Origin: Candidatus Limnocylindrales bacterium
Lineage (GTDB): Bacteria; Moduliflexota; Moduliflexia; Moduliflexales; JAUQPW01
Direction of reading: 5' to 3'
Length of the DNA: 64,000 nt
Assembly (NCBI GenBank): GCA_035559535.1
Contig: DATMBG010000044.1
Span: 124,001-188,000 of the forward strand
The notes beneath the pieces are model-generated. The model searched no databases and was not told the DNA's origin. It saw nothing but the letters and a program-made list of their open reading frames with translations. How positions within the stretch are numbered: position 1 is the first letter of the stretch; the number at the start of each line of letters is the position of its first letter. Shown here piece after piece: positions 19,256 to 29,423 of the stretch. Both the position numbers and the translations under genes were made by a program.

Positions 19256-19696
19256 TTATTTCCAACGCTCCCAAATTAAACGCGAACTTACCGTATCACC
19301 GGTCATGGGAAAGGTCAGGATTAACCGATCCTCAGAAACCTGGAAAAACCGTTTTCGAACGGTATTTACCCAGTTCGGAACCAGACTACCTTCCAGATAG
19401 TGTGTTACACTTCCCTCCTCCTCGTTAACCGTATAAGTACCCCAATAAGCAAGATATCCCTCAAATGCCGCTATTTTTTCTTCTGAAGTGGCTGCCAAAG
19501 GATCATTTGAGGTAAACTTCCGAAGATCGGTACGCATCAATTGTACCGACATGTGGCCCCTTCCATCATAACTGATATAACCCTTAACTTCTCGTCCCAT
19601 GGGATAAACCGGGGTTCCATCTGCTCGCTGTTCCTCAAAAGAAACCAATCTCCACGTACCTGCAATAGGATCTCGAGTTTTTATATCTGAATTCAC
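19256..19696 (-). CDS. Lipocalin-like domain protein (paralogue of 16911..17453)
   Basis: GTWRLVS, GYISYD, AYWGTY, PNWVNT and LIWERW motifs. The tracked N-terminal extension comes from a repeat, so the start is uncertain (GTG at 19696 assumed). Confidence 0.8.
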   Translation of the reverse strand: MNSDIKTRDPIAGTWRLVSFEEQRADGTPVYPMGREVKGYISYDGRGHMSVQLMRTDLRKFTSNDPLAATSEEKIAAFEGYLAYWGTYTVNEEEGSVTHYLEGSLVPNWVNTVRKRFFQVSEDRLILTFPMTGDTVSSRLIWERWK

Positions 19697-19794
19697 ACTC
19701 AGTCGATAAAAGAAGAAACACATCCTTCTTCCCCCCAGGAGGGATTTACGGGATATCCCTCCTGCTGCCCCCTGGAGGGGAAGGTAAGGGTAAC

Positions 19795-19857
19795 TCTCTC
19801 TCCTCACCCCCGGCCCCTCTCCCACGCTGAGGAGAGGGGCCGGGGGTGAGGAGAGAG
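19795..19857. repeat. GC-rich REP-like hairpin (family 2 core)
   Basis: ctctctcctcacccccggcccctctcc-cacgctga-ggagaggggccgggggtgaggagagag, a near-perfect long stem. Confidence 0.75.
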
Positions 19858-19978
19858 AACTCTACTCAAACCGATACAAATACCTCTTTTCTTATACTAT
19901 GTGACTCCGACCCTGTCAAGGAGGATTTAGGACTCAGGTAACAGTCCAGCAGTACCGTTTTCTACGGGTTAAAACAAA

Positions 19979-20004
19979 TAAGGGCACGCGGTTGCGTGCC
20001 CTTA
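19979..20004 (-). terminator. Rho-independent terminator
   Basis: taagggcacgc/gcgtgccctta stem followed by a T-rich tract on the minus strand, downstream of 20046..20549. Confidence 0.65.
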
Positions 20005-20045
20005 GACCCGGCTTTATAGGTTGCAGAAGGATTCTTTGTATTTTC

Positions 20046-20549
20046 TTACGCCTTCTTCATACTGGTAGCTTTTTTCGAGCTGGTAGACTTTTTTGAACCG
20101 GTGGTGCGGCGGATTTTTACCGTTTGGGCAACCTTGGAGCCACCTTCCTCTTTATACCAGACGGTTACCTGTTCGCCTGCCTTAAGGTCCGCAGTGCTAC
20201 CCCCTCTTACTTTGGTCTTGTCAGTAAGGGTAATAGAGATAGGTTCCGGAGTCGTAGCACTTTTGCCCTTCGCCGGCGTTAGGGTAAGGGTATTCCCAGA
20301 AACCTCTTTAACAGTTCCATAGACCTTTTCAAGACCTGTAGATTTTTTCTTTTGACGGGGAGTTGTAGCTTTCTCACCGGTTGCAGTTCCAGACTTCATC
20401 TCAGGCTGTTGACCGGGCTGTGCAGATGGCTGGCTCGTCTGACCCGCCGGATTACTACTCTGGCTACTCGGTTGTTGAGCATAACTTATCCCTATCCAGG
20501 TTACGGTTACAACTAAAACTAATGTTAAGATCCCTAATTTCCTGATCAT
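20046..20549 (-). CDS. Secreted protein with OB-fold-like (DUF5666-like) domain
   Basis: Signal peptide, Q/S/P-rich linker, then GTVKEVSGNTLTL...LKAGEQVTVWY; GGAGG RBS. Confidence 0.75.
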   Translation of the reverse strand: MIRKLGILTLVLVVTVTWIGISYAQQPSSQSSNPAGQTSQPSAQPGQQPEMKSGTATGEKATTPRQKKKSTGLEKVYGTVKEVSGNTLTLTPAKGKSATTPEPISITLTDKTKVRGGSTADLKAGEQVTVWYKEEGGSKVAQTVKIRRTTGSKKSTSSKKATSMKKA

Positions 20550-20764
20550 TTTTTCCTCCTAAATGGCTTCAGATAAAAAATCACGTGATGTGATCTTTTC
20601 TCCAAAGATGTTGGTCTCCTGTGATTGTTTTACACCAATTCCTTATAGGAACCTGCCGTCAGAAATTTCCTTCCTCTGAAGGCTGGTTTCAGAATGGAAT
20701 TGGTATCAGAAATACGCTTCAGATTAAGAAATCTAGGTATGTTAGATTTCCTACCGGATTTAAA

Positions 20765-20780
20765 AGCTAGTTTTGTGCCA
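20765..20780 (-). promoter_or_regulatory. Putative sigma-54 (-24/-12) promoter
   Basis: Minus strand TGGCACAAAACTAGCT has GG-N10-GC spacing, close to TGGCAC-N5-TTGCW. AT-rich DNA lies upstream. Confidence 0.5.
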
Positions 20781-21154
20781 GCCCCCATAAAGCAACAAAT
20801 TATTTATAAGCTATTATAAATTAAAAGCTTATTGTAAAGGTTAAAACTATCAGTAGGGTAAATTCCTCCTATAAACCTCTAAATCTCCAGGCTAACAGAT
20901 AGATTCCCAAAAGGTTTACCAATAAAACCTGATCAGTTTGGCCGAAGAAGGTCATGGCTTAAATAAGGTATGGAAACCTTAAAAGAGGTATAACGTCCCT
21001 CTAAAATAAACCTCCCATCTGGTGAAGAAAGTGTCTTCAAAATTTGTTGATTTATCGTTGAATTCTCAGATTTATCGTAGTAAACTTTCCAACAGGGTTT
21101 CTTATTTAATCGGATAGCCATTTCAGATGGAAAGCTGTAAATCCCTTTCCTAGG

Positions 21155-21189
21155 CCCTTCGACTTTGCTCAGGACAGGCCTGTCGAAGC
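21155..21189. repeat. REP-like element
   Basis: cccttcgactttgctcaggacaggcctgtcgaagc; short imperfect palindrome of a common REP type. Confidence 0.45.
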
Positions 21190-21392
21190 AGGGAGGGTAT
21201 TTACCCTTGGCTAGGCTTTAGATAAAGAGGGAGGAGCCATCTGCCTAAGCCGATGATCAAAGTTTTTTATTTTCCAGGCTATAAGCAGATTACTCCAGTG
21301 GGGGTAAACCCCGAGACTTATCTACAATCGATTAAATAAGTATTCATATTGGACATACCCCGTGGAATTATTTAACCAGGAGGCGTACTGTT

Positions 21393-22775
21393 ATGAGGAA
21401 TCAAAACTTATTACAATTACTAGCGGCCCGTGCCGAATCTGGCAATCCACTCCGGGTTGGACTTATTGGGGCCGGTAAATTTGGGACCATGTTTTTGAGT
21501 CAAGCCCTTCGCGTGAAGGGCCTGCATGTATTAGGTATTGCCGATTTATCGGTAGAACGTATTCGCAATGCCTTACTTCGTGCAGGCTGGCCCCCAGAGC
21601 AATTTACAGCTAGTAGTTTCGTTGAAGCGTTCAAAACGGGTAAGACCTATTTAACCGATAATAGTGAAAAGCTCATTCAGGCTGAAGGGTTAGAGGTTTT
21701 GGTTGAAGCAACGGGGATTCCCACTGTTGGGATAAGGCATGCCCTTAAGGCCTTTGAAAATGGCCGCCATGTGGTCATGGTCAATGTAGAAGCCGATGTA
21801 TTGGCAGGACCTCTGTTGGCCGAGCGTGCAGCTACAGCAGGCGTTGTTTATAGTCTGGCTTATGGAGATCAGCCCGCCTTGATTTGTGAGTTGGTGGAAT
21901 GGGCACGGGCTTGTGGCTTTGAAGTTATCTGTGCAGGTAAAGGAACTAAATATCTTCCACTTTACCATACTTCGACCCCGGATACAGTGTGGGAGTATTT
22001 TGGCATCAAGCGGGAAAGGGCTCTGGAGGATAATCTCAATCCACGTATGTTCAATTCCTTCCTGGACGGAACCAAATCAGCTATTGAAATGGCAGCTGTG
22101 GCCAATGCGACCGGGTTGATTCCCCAACCGGAAGGTCTGAACTTCCCACCTTGTGGAGTAGATGATTTAGCCCATGTATGTCGCCCTCGAAGTGAAGGAG
22201 GTCAACTCAGTCATCCTGGTACGGTAGAAGTGGTCTCCAGCCTGGAGCGAGACGGGCGACCTGTCTTTCGGGACTTACGATGGGGAGTTTATGTGACTTT
22301 TGCGGCCCCCAACGACTATGTTAAACGTTGTTTTGTCGATTATGGCTTAAAGGTCGATTCCACAGGACGTTATGCGGCCATGTATAAGCCCTTCCATCTC
22401 ATTGGATTGGAAGTCCCGATCAGTGTTCTGAGAGTAGGCTTACGTAGGGAAGCGACAGGTACTGCGACGGGATTCCGAGGAGATGTTGCAGCCATTGCCA
22501 AACGGGATCTGGCCGTCGGGGAGATCCTGGATGGAGAAGGGGGTTATTGCATCTATGGTCGATTGATGCCGGCCACTCAGGCTCTGAAATCAGGTACCCT
22601 TCCCATAGGTCTGGCCCACCACCTAAAACTCAAAAATAAGGTAGCCGCAGGCCAACCGGTTCGCTGGTCGGATGTGGAATACGATGAAACCGACCTGGCA
22701 GTGCGAATTCGGCGGGAAATGGAACAGAGATTTGGTAGCCAAAAACCCGATACGCCACTACGAGAGGCTCTTTGA
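21393..22775 (+). CDS. Homoserine-dehydrogenase-like NAD(P) oxidoreductase with C-terminal SAF domain
   Basis: GLIGAGKFG, NVEAD, GDQP, FLDGTKSAIEM and AKRDL...LDGEGG motifs. Confidence 0.88.
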   Translation: MRNQNLLQLLAARAESGNPLRVGLIGAGKFGTMFLSQALRVKGLHVLGIADLSVERIRNALLRAGWPPEQFTASSFVEAFKTGKTYLTDNSEKLIQAEGLEVLVEATGIPTVGIRHALKAFENGRHVVMVNVEADVLAGPLLAERAATAGVVYSLAYGDQPALICELVEWARACGFEVICAGKGTKYLPLYHTSTPDTVWEYFGIKRERALEDNLNPRMFNSFLDGTKSAIEMAAVANATGLIPQPEGLNFPPCGVDDLAHVCRPRSEGGQLSHPGTVEVVSSLERDGRPVFRDLRWGVYVTFAAPNDYVKRCFVDYGLKVDSTGRYAAMYKPFHLIGLEVPISVLRVGLRREATGTATGFRGDVAAIAKRDLAVGEILDGEGGYCIYGRLMPATQALKSGTLPIGLAHHLKLKNKVAAGQPVRWSDVEYDETDLAVRIRREMEQRFGSQKPDTPLREAL

Positions 22776-22822
22776 TAAAGCTCAAAAATCCCCTGAACTT
22801 ATCAAAGGAGGATAAACCCTTT

Positions 22823-22862
22823 CATGAAGCAATCTCGGCTCGTTTCAAGGGATTGCTTCATG
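22823..22862. repeat. Palindromic REP/terminator between convergent genes
   Basis: catgaagcaatc ... gattgcttcatg, a 12-bp inverted repeat. Confidence 0.55.
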
Positions 22863-22914
22863 TGTAGATGGGTCTTCGCAAGATTTATATTCAGGATCCA
22901 GACAATTCCATAGA

Positions 22915-25900
22915 TCAACCCTGGGGAATGATATATTCCATCACCTTATAGATTTGAACCGGGCCATCCCGATAAACTTCCTTAAAAAGGTCCTTTGCCT
23001 GCTCAAATTTCTCTAACCCCGCTTTGGGATAAGTCCTTCGCTCGGTGTTTCCAATATAGATATAAGATACATCATATTTTAATAGCAGTCGCAGGATATG
23101 TTCTAGGTTAGAACTGCTATAGATGGTTTGAACGGCCTGTCTTCGCTCACCGGATAGTCCCCAGTGTTCCCGTTGTTCGGCGTGGCTTGGCCATCCCAGA
23201 ACAGTAGGTAATCCCGTATTTGAAGAAATACGATTGAACTCATAGAGGTAATCATCTCCAACCGCCTCCAGGATAACCGGACTTCCTTCAACCTGTTGAT
23301 TTAACCAGGCAATAGCCCGATATTCCCAAGGATCTTTTACTTTCAGGTAAGCGAGTCCGTCCCAGGTGGGAGGAAGATGAATCCGGTTATAGTTATCGTG
23401 GTATTTCCGTCCGTAAACTCCCATTACGGTAAAAACCAGGGAACCTCCTATCAAGATGAATAAACCGGCCCACCAGACAGGTTTAAGACTTCGAGCAATT
23501 ACCCTGAAAGGTAATCGGGCCAAAACCCCGGATCCGGGACGCTCGGGTAATCCCAAAAGCCAGTAAGGGGATATACGAAATTCAGAAGAGGTGGAAAGAA
23601 CTCCTGAACGGTTAAAAAGGAGGTAAAGCAGGTAGGTGGAAGCAAGGGATAACAGAAACCAGGCCTGCATATAGAATTTAAAAATGGTATTCATACGTCG
23701 CCATTCCCCGTTGTATTCGGCTATAGTCAATTCAAGCATCTTAAAAGACTTAAAAAAGGGAATCGTTTGTCTCCAGATTTCTTCTCCCTGAAGAAAATCC
23801 CGGACGAAAATCCACTCACATCCTAAGGGAATGATCAACCCGAGCATCAAGCAAAGAAATATAAACCCATCGGATAGGGACTGAATCCGTCGTGGAAAAA
23901 TAAACAGGACAAGGGCTAAAAGAAAAAGCAGCAGAACCGTAACCAGATAAGATACATCGGAAAGTAAACTTATGGAAAACCCCACCAGGAAAAGAATAAG
24001 CAGGCTATAAAAGACTTTCTTAAATCGAGGGGAATCTTTAGAAAGGGTAAAACCGGTCTTCAAGAAATAGGAAAGGATTATAAAGATAAACAGGCCAAAG
24101 AAAATGAGAAAGGAAGAAAGGGGTGTGACGGCTTTTCCTACAAGCCCTAGACCCATTTGTTGACGGTAAAAGTTTTGATAAAAAGGTAGATAAAGTAGAA
24201 GACTGAGCGGGACTAATATTCCAAATACACCTGTTATCGGTTTGAGCAGGAACCGATATAGTTTATAAAAAAATCCCTTACCCGGGAAAGATTCATAAAG
24301 GTAGGAAATTCGGCTTTGGTAAAGAGCTACAAACAACAGGAAGATAACCGCTGTGGGATAGTCCCAACTGCTGATAACGGAAAGGGTACCCAGGCCAAGA
24401 GCGTAAATCATCCAGGAGAGGAGACTTAACGGTACCTGTAACGAGGCCAAACGGGGCCAGGAGGGAATTTTCTCTTCTTCAAATAGAAGCTGAAGCCCGA
24501 TCAATAGAATAAAAAGAAAGAAAGGCATGTTCAGGACATGGGCATGGAGGTCTACGAAAATGAAACTCCAGAAGGGAAATTCATGAACCGTATAAGGAAG
24601 GACCTCGTGGGCACTCCGAAAGAAGCGAAAAACGGCTTCCTTACCGCGATAAATATCGTATAACTGAACCAGTCCATCCAGATTGCCTAGGACACAGGAG
24701 AATAGAACTCCTAGAAGACCGTATCGGTATTTAGAGGTCAGGTTAAAGAGCAAACTAAAAACTTCAGATATGACCAGGGCCGGGATCAGCGCAAAGGCCA
24801 GGTTGTAGGTAATCTGGGCAGGAATTCCGGTAAGTTTGGTCAGGGTTGCAACCAGGTAGTGACCAAAGTAGTAGTAATTCAACGGAAAGCCTGATAACCA
24901 GGGATCTTGGGGAGGAAACCACTCGGATCGAATGACTGAGTTAATAAAAGAAAAATCCATGGAGCTTTCACTCCAGAATATATCGGGATTGTAAGCCCGA
25001 AAGATGAGGAAGCCGATAAACGCTGTTAAAAAAACGGCTTCGTTTATGAGAAAGTGAGAGATACGACGAGGGAAAAAAGTGTGGAGAAAATCTCGTGTAA
25101 GGCAAGTTATATAAACAGAGATTACTAGGCATAATCCCAGGGTACCCAAGATGAGGATTCTGGAATATCTAAATATACCCCAACTGACCGTAAACCAGGT
25201 TAAATAGGCCGGGATGAGAATCCCTAAAACTTTCGCTAAAGGATATCCCCCATCTGGAAGTTTTCGAAAAATCAGCACCGTGATAGGTAGAAAAATGAGC
25301 CCCATCAGTTCGATGGTTACCAGCCAGAGGATCCAACCATATCGCTCATAAAAGGGCGTCAAGGGTTCAACTTCCATTTCCCCTTTTGGAGTTCCAGGTT
25401 TAACGAAAAGGTTTTGTGAAGGATTTTCAACCTGCCGACCCAGATCTGAACGGGAGCCAGATCTGGGGCTGGTCTCCAGGGGAGTTGGTCTTAAACCCAT
25501 GGACCCTGCCCCGGTATCTGTAACCGGAGGTTTCAAACCTCCTCCTGTTGTTGTGGTACCTTCGAGTTCTTCGAAGTTCTCTTCCAGGTCTTCGAAACCC
25601 GTAGGGAACAGAAGCTCCAGGGGAGGTTTTTCAACGGTCAACATTCTACTTAACAGGGCAAAGGAATCATAAACAGGGGCTGCTTCCTTTAGAATAGTTT
25701 GAATCTCAGAAGCCGACAGGTTTTTTGTTTTCTTAAATAAGAGGATCTTAGGATGATCGTAAACTGAAAAACTCTCATCGGCAAAACGGTCCTTGAAGGT
25801 TATGCGCCAGCCGGTCTTTTGAAAGGAAAGGGTCGGATATCGCGTAACGACTTCTACCAGACTAAATCCGAGTTTCCCCTCGAAAAGGAGTTTATAGTAT

Positions 25901-27531
25901 TTAGATGTAATAGGATATCGATCTGGAACTCGCAGAATCGAGCCGTAAACCCGTTGACTGGCCAGAGCTACCAGGGTGGCACGGGATAATTTTTGAGAAA
26001 GATCCTCGAGCTTTCTCGTGTCATCGGGATGATAAAGACTTAAGGAAATTACCTGATAAATCCTGGGATCCAATCCATCGATGGGAATTGGGAGAGTTAG
26101 ATCCCAATCTTCTCCAAGGATAATAGAGCCCGGTGGAATATTTACATAGATCCATTTGGAAGCAGTCGCCCGGGTATTTTCTTTTCCATAAATGGAAACA
26201 AAAGCAACGGCATAGACAGCAGAAAACAGAAACACCCCCATACCCAGAACGAAAGCAACACGATTCTTCAGGATCCTTCTTCCGGTCAGGGAAGGAACTT
26301 CCCCTGTTTTCTTGAGGTGACTTTCCCACTCTGCCAGAGCAACAGCACCCAACAAACAAAGGAAGGGGAAGATAGGGAGCAGATATCGGATAAATTTAAC
26401 CTGAAGTCCGGCTGTTAGAAGAAAGTATCCCACCGTCCAGGCCAGGATGAGAGTATTAATTTTTTGATAGACTGGAGAGTTTTGATCTCTCCCCGGAAAC
26501 CCTTCCGACATCTTAAACCCATAACCCCTTGCCAGGAGACTTTGGATGGGGAACTCCGGAACCCGTCTATTATCTTTGAAGACCTGAACCCATCTCTTGA
26601 GGGTCACAAAGCTCATCCAGGCAACACCGGCCAATGTTAGAATGCCCAGGAGGATCCCCATGCTATAACCGGTGAGATTTCTTAGATGATAAAAATAGGG
26701 AACCGTTTTTTCGTATTGAAGAGTATAGGGATACTGAATCACGCCTCGGACCAGATCGCTCTGTTCTTTAACCTGCCGGAAAAATTCTGAATAATCCAGT
26801 AACGCATAGGGTTGCGTGAGGAGGGCGGTTATTCCAGCAGCAAGAAAAGCCAGAATCAGAAGACTCAAACCTTTGAGAGAAAGAGCCTTTTTAATGAAAA
26901 GGAAAGTCTGTCCTGGGCCGAGAAAGGCCAGGATATGAGCCAAAACCAGAACTCCAAAGAGGGAAAGAGCACTGAACTTGGTAGCCAGAGCCATTCCTGT
27001 AAAAATACCGGTTAAAATATAATATCGAGCCTGTGCAGGTTGCTCAATTAAGCGGGCTCCAAAATAAACGGCCACCGTAACAAAGAAGGTGAGCATTCCA
27101 TCTACAGTCAAAAAGTGAGAAAGCTGAATGTGAAGGACCGTCACAGCCAAAAAGGCCGCAGCAAAGAAACCTACTTTCCAGGAATAAAATTCCTTCCCTA
27201 ATCTATAAAGAACCAGTAATGTGGCAGATCCCAATAAGGCCGAGAGGGCCCTTCCGGCCAGGAAGAAAGCTTCATAAGGAGATAGGCTAGGAAAAAATAG
27301 AAGGGTAAGCTGTTGACTGAGTTTGAGTAGATAGATCGGTAAGGACCCATAAGCAAAGAAGTGAGGATTCAGATTTTTCGTTGAAATTTCCTCAACGGCA
27401 TAGAAGAGTCGAAGCTCATCGGGATGAAAGGCATAACTCGGGGCTCCCCAGTTCAATCCATAAAAACGAAGAATAACCCCTAACAACAAGATTAAACAAA
27501 AAAGATAATTCCGTTTCATAGTCAACGCCAA
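22915..27531 (-). CDS. Fusion of GT-C (PMT/ArnT-like) glycosyltransferase and DUF2298 (YYY) membrane domain
   Basis: N-half has HPDE, FFAYGSLP and IQLSHF. C-half has ESSMD, DPWLSG, NYYYFGH, HEFPFWSF, DLHAH, NTIFKFY and PTVLGW. Confidence 0.85.
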   Translation of the reverse strand: MALTMKRNYLFCLILLLGVILRFYGLNWGAPSYAFHPDELRLFYAVEEISTKNLNPHFFAYGSLPIYLLKLSQQLTLLFFPSLSPYEAFFLAGRALSALLGSATLLVLYRLGKEFYSWKVGFFAAAFLAVTVLHIQLSHFLTVDGMLTFFVTVAVYFGARLIEQPAQARYYILTGIFTGMALATKFSALSLFGVLVLAHILAFLGPGQTFLFIKKALSLKGLSLLILAFLAAGITALLTQPYALLDYSEFFRQVKEQSDLVRGVIQYPYTLQYEKTVPYFYHLRNLTGYSMGILLGILTLAGVAWMSFVTLKRWVQVFKDNRRVPEFPIQSLLARGYGFKMSEGFPGRDQNSPVYQKINTLILAWTVGYFLLTAGLQVKFIRYLLPIFPFLCLLGAVALAEWESHLKKTGEVPSLTGRRILKNRVAFVLGMGVFLFSAVYAVAFVSIYGKENTRATASKWIYVNIPPGSIILGEDWDLTLPIPIDGLDPRIYQVISLSLYHPDDTRKLEDLSQKLSRATLVALASQRVYGSILRVPDRYPITSKYYKLLFEGKLGFSLVEVVTRYPTLSFQKTGWRITFKDRFADESFSVYDHPKILLFKKTKNLSASEIQTILKEAAPVYDSFALLSRMLTVEKPPLELLFPTGFEDLEENFEELEGTTTTGGGLKPPVTDTGAGSMGLRPTPLETSPRSGSRSDLGRQVENPSQNLFVKPGTPKGEMEVEPLTPFYERYGWILWLVTIELMGLIFLPITVLIFRKLPDGGYPLAKVLGILIPAYLTWFTVSWGIFRYSRILILGTLGLCLVISVYITCLTRDFLHTFFPRRISHFLINEAVFLTAFIGFLIFRAYNPDIFWSESSMDFSFINSVIRSEWFPPQDPWLSGFPLNYYYFGHYLVATLTKLTGIPAQITYNLAFALIPALVISEVFSLLFNLTSKYRYGLLGVLFSCVLGNLDGLVQLYDIYRGKEAVFRFFRSAHEVLPYTVHEFPFWSFIFVDLHAHVLNMPFFLFILLIGLQLLFEEEKIPSWPRLASLQVPLSLLSWMIYALGLGTLSVISSWDYPTAVIFLLFVALYQSRISYLYESFPGKGFFYKLYRFLLKPITGVFGILVPLSLLLYLPFYQNFYRQQMGLGLVGKAVTPLSSFLIFFGLFIFIILSYFLKTGFTLSKDSPRFKKVFYSLLILFLVGFSISLLSDVSYLVTVLLLFLLALVLFIFPRRIQSLSDGFIFLCLMLGLIIPLGCEWIFVRDFLQGEEIWRQTIPFFKSFKMLELTIAEYNGEWRRMNTIFKFYMQAWFLLSLASTYLLYLLFNRSGVLSTSSEFRISPYWLLGLPERPGSGVLARLPFRVIARSLKPVWWAGLFILIGGSLVFTVMGVYGRKYHDNYNRIHLPPTWDGLAYLKVKDPWEYRAIAWLNQQVEGSPVILEAVGDDYLYEFNRISSNTGLPTVLGWPSHAEQREHWGLSGERRQAVQTIYSSSNLEHILRLLLKYDVSYIYIGNTERRTYPKAGLEKFEQAKDLFKEVYRDGPVQIYKVMEYIIPQG

Positions 27532-27709
27532 GATATCAGGTCCAGGAAATTACGTCAAGATTTTCCTGGGGAAGGGTTTAAATTTGAAAGTCCTGGAATT
27601 TAAAATTTTATTTTCCTACTTTCCAAAAAAAGTCTTGACGCTATATTATACTGTGTAGTAATTAACCTTCAATCCATTTCAGATAGAAAATCTCTCAATT
27701 TATAAATAC

Positions 27710-27979
27710 GTGAGTCAGGAGGATAAATGGAAACCGCTCCGACAGGTGGGGCAACTTAGCTCGCTGGGAATAGCAATGGCCATGTCCATTGTCATTGGCG
27801 TTGCTATTGGACTGTATCTGGATAGTCTCCTGGGAACTAAACCCTGGATGTTTTTACTTTTTATGATCTTTGGAATTGCGGCAGGGTTTAGTATCGTCAT
27901 TAAAGAGGTAACTAAACTTGGTAAAGAGGACTCCCGTGAAAAGTTCGAAGGAGGTGACAAACCCCCGACAAGGGATTAG
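27710..27979 (+). CDS. atpZ: AtpZ/AtpI family ATP synthase accessory protein
   Basis: GLYLDSLLGTKPW...FGIAAGF; first gene of the F0 cluster. Confidence 0.88.
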   Translation: MSQEDKWKPLRQVGQLSSLGIAMAMSIVIGVAIGLYLDSLLGTKPWMFLLFMIFGIAAGFSIVIKEVTKLGKEDSREKFEGGDKPPTRD

Positions 27980-28361
27980 CATCCGACAAATCGAAGTAAA
28001 CTACGCCCGGCTATTGGTGGCTGTGGTAGTGGCCAGCTTAATTTTTCAAAATCTTTACTTTACGCTGGGCATTTTAATCGGAGGGGGAGTTTGTCTACTT
28101 AATTTTCGAGGACTTACCTTCTCGGTGCGAAGGACGTTAATTCCTCATCGAATTCCTGCAAAGGTTAACCTTCTTTATTTTCTTGGATTCTTCTTTCGAT
28201 TCGGACTGATTGCCCTGGCAACTCTCTATGTTTTTAAACTCAAAACAGGCGGGTTGATAGGCTTTATTTTGGGACTATCCTTAATTCTGATGGCTATAAC
28301 CCTGACGGGAATCGGTCAGGCCATTCAAGAACAGAGGCAAAAGAAATCACAACGTTTGTAA
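27918..28361 (+). CDS. atpI: ATP synthase protein I
   Basis: Four hydrophobic segments, GGGVCLLNF and FRFGL; lies between atpZ and atpB. Start uncertain. Confidence 0.75.
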   Translation: MVKRTPVKSSKEVTNPRQGISIRQIEVNYARLLVAVVVASLIFQNLYFTLGILIGGGVCLLNFRGLTFSVRRTLIPHRIPAKVNLLYFLGFFFRFGLIALATLYVFKLKTGGLIGFILGLSLILMAITLTGIGQAIQEQRQKKSQRL

Positions 28362-28584
28362 TGCCTTGTAAAGTTAAATTTGAATAGCTATTCTGCCCTC
28401 CCCCCCAACCCCCTCGCCTGAGGCTTCAGGCGAGGGGGTTGGGGAGTTGACCCGGAGATCTTCTCGCTCTCCTCTTCGCCCCTACCCCTTCCTTCCCCGT
28501 CCACGGGGAGGGTGAGGGAGGGGGAGAGGGGTCGGGGGTTAGGGCTACTTAAAAGTCAAGCAAAACTAAGTAAACAGAGTAGTA
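28359..28584. mobile_element. MITE/REP-like element, family 2, copy B, between atpI and atpB
   Basis: Ends taatgccttgtaaagttaaatttg ... caaaactaagtaaacagagtagta; two GC-rich hairpins; right portion closely matches 4025-4072. Confidence 0.65.
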
Positions 28585-28631
28585 ACAACGGACATTGTTA
28601 CTACCTTCAGGGTAAAGATCATCCAAAAGAA

Positions 28632-29342
28632 ATGGAAAAACTCGAACATCCGACACTCATCGGTACTTTGTTGAGCTGGATTGGTCTACATATACCGGAA
28701 CATGTGCTCATGACGTGGCTGGTCATGATCATTTTAATAGGCTTGGGGTACTTTATATCCAGGAATATCACTTTTATTCCTTCACGGCTTCAATCGGTTA
28801 TTGAGATTTTAGTCCTGGCCCTGGATAACTTATTAGAAGATACGGTTGGGCCCAAAGGAAGAAAATATCTACCTCTGGTAGGAACACTGGCTTTGTATAT
28901 TTTTCTCTCCAATATTCTTGGGCTAATCCCCGGTTTCAAGTCTCCGACCAGCAGTTTAAATACAACGGCATCATGTGCTCTGGTTGTTTTTATTTACTAC
29001 AACTATCAGGGAATTCGAGAGCATGGGGCCTGGAATTATATCCGGCACTTTATGGGACCTGGTCTTGGGGAGAAAAACATTCCCTGGTTGGCTCCCCTGA
29101 TGTTCCCGGTGGAAATTATTAGCCATGTTGCCCGACCTCTTTCTCTGTCGATGCGTCTTTTTGGCAATATCATGGGTGAGGATCTGGTTCTTGCCGTACT
29201 CATGGTTTACATTACCCCCCTTGTGGTTCCCCTACCCATGATGTTTATGGCTGTTTTCACGAGTCTTATTCAGACCTTCATCTTCGTTCTTCTAACTTGC
29301 CTGTACCTTGCCGGTGCTGTAGCTGGGGAGGAAGAACATTAA
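28632..29342 (+). CDS. atpB: F0F1 ATP synthase subunit a
   Basis: NILGLIPG, RPLSLSMRLFGNI and IQTFIF motifs; start at MEKLEH. Confidence 0.96.
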   Translation: MEKLEHPTLIGTLLSWIGLHIPEHVLMTWLVMIILIGLGYFISRNITFIPSRLQSVIEILVLALDNLLEDTVGPKGRKYLPLVGTLALYIFLSNILGLIPGFKSPTSSLNTTASCALVVFIYYNYQGIREHGAWNYIRHFMGPGLGEKNIPWLAPLMFPVEIISHVARPLSLSMRLFGNIMGEDLVLAVLMVYITPLVVPLPMMFMAVFTSLIQTFIFVLLTCLYLAGAVAGEEEH

Positions 29343-29423
29343 AAGGATAAGGGAGGAATAGAGGGATCTGGAGTATCTATTTCTCCCTTATCCTTATATA
29401 ACTAGAAAAAAGGAGGAAAACAC

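Noticed and set aside
28512..28631. N-terminal extension of atpB (similar extensions at 14592, 19825, 42250, 43686 and 54349)
   Set aside because: Derived from repeats or overlapping genes; family homology starts at the downstream start codons.
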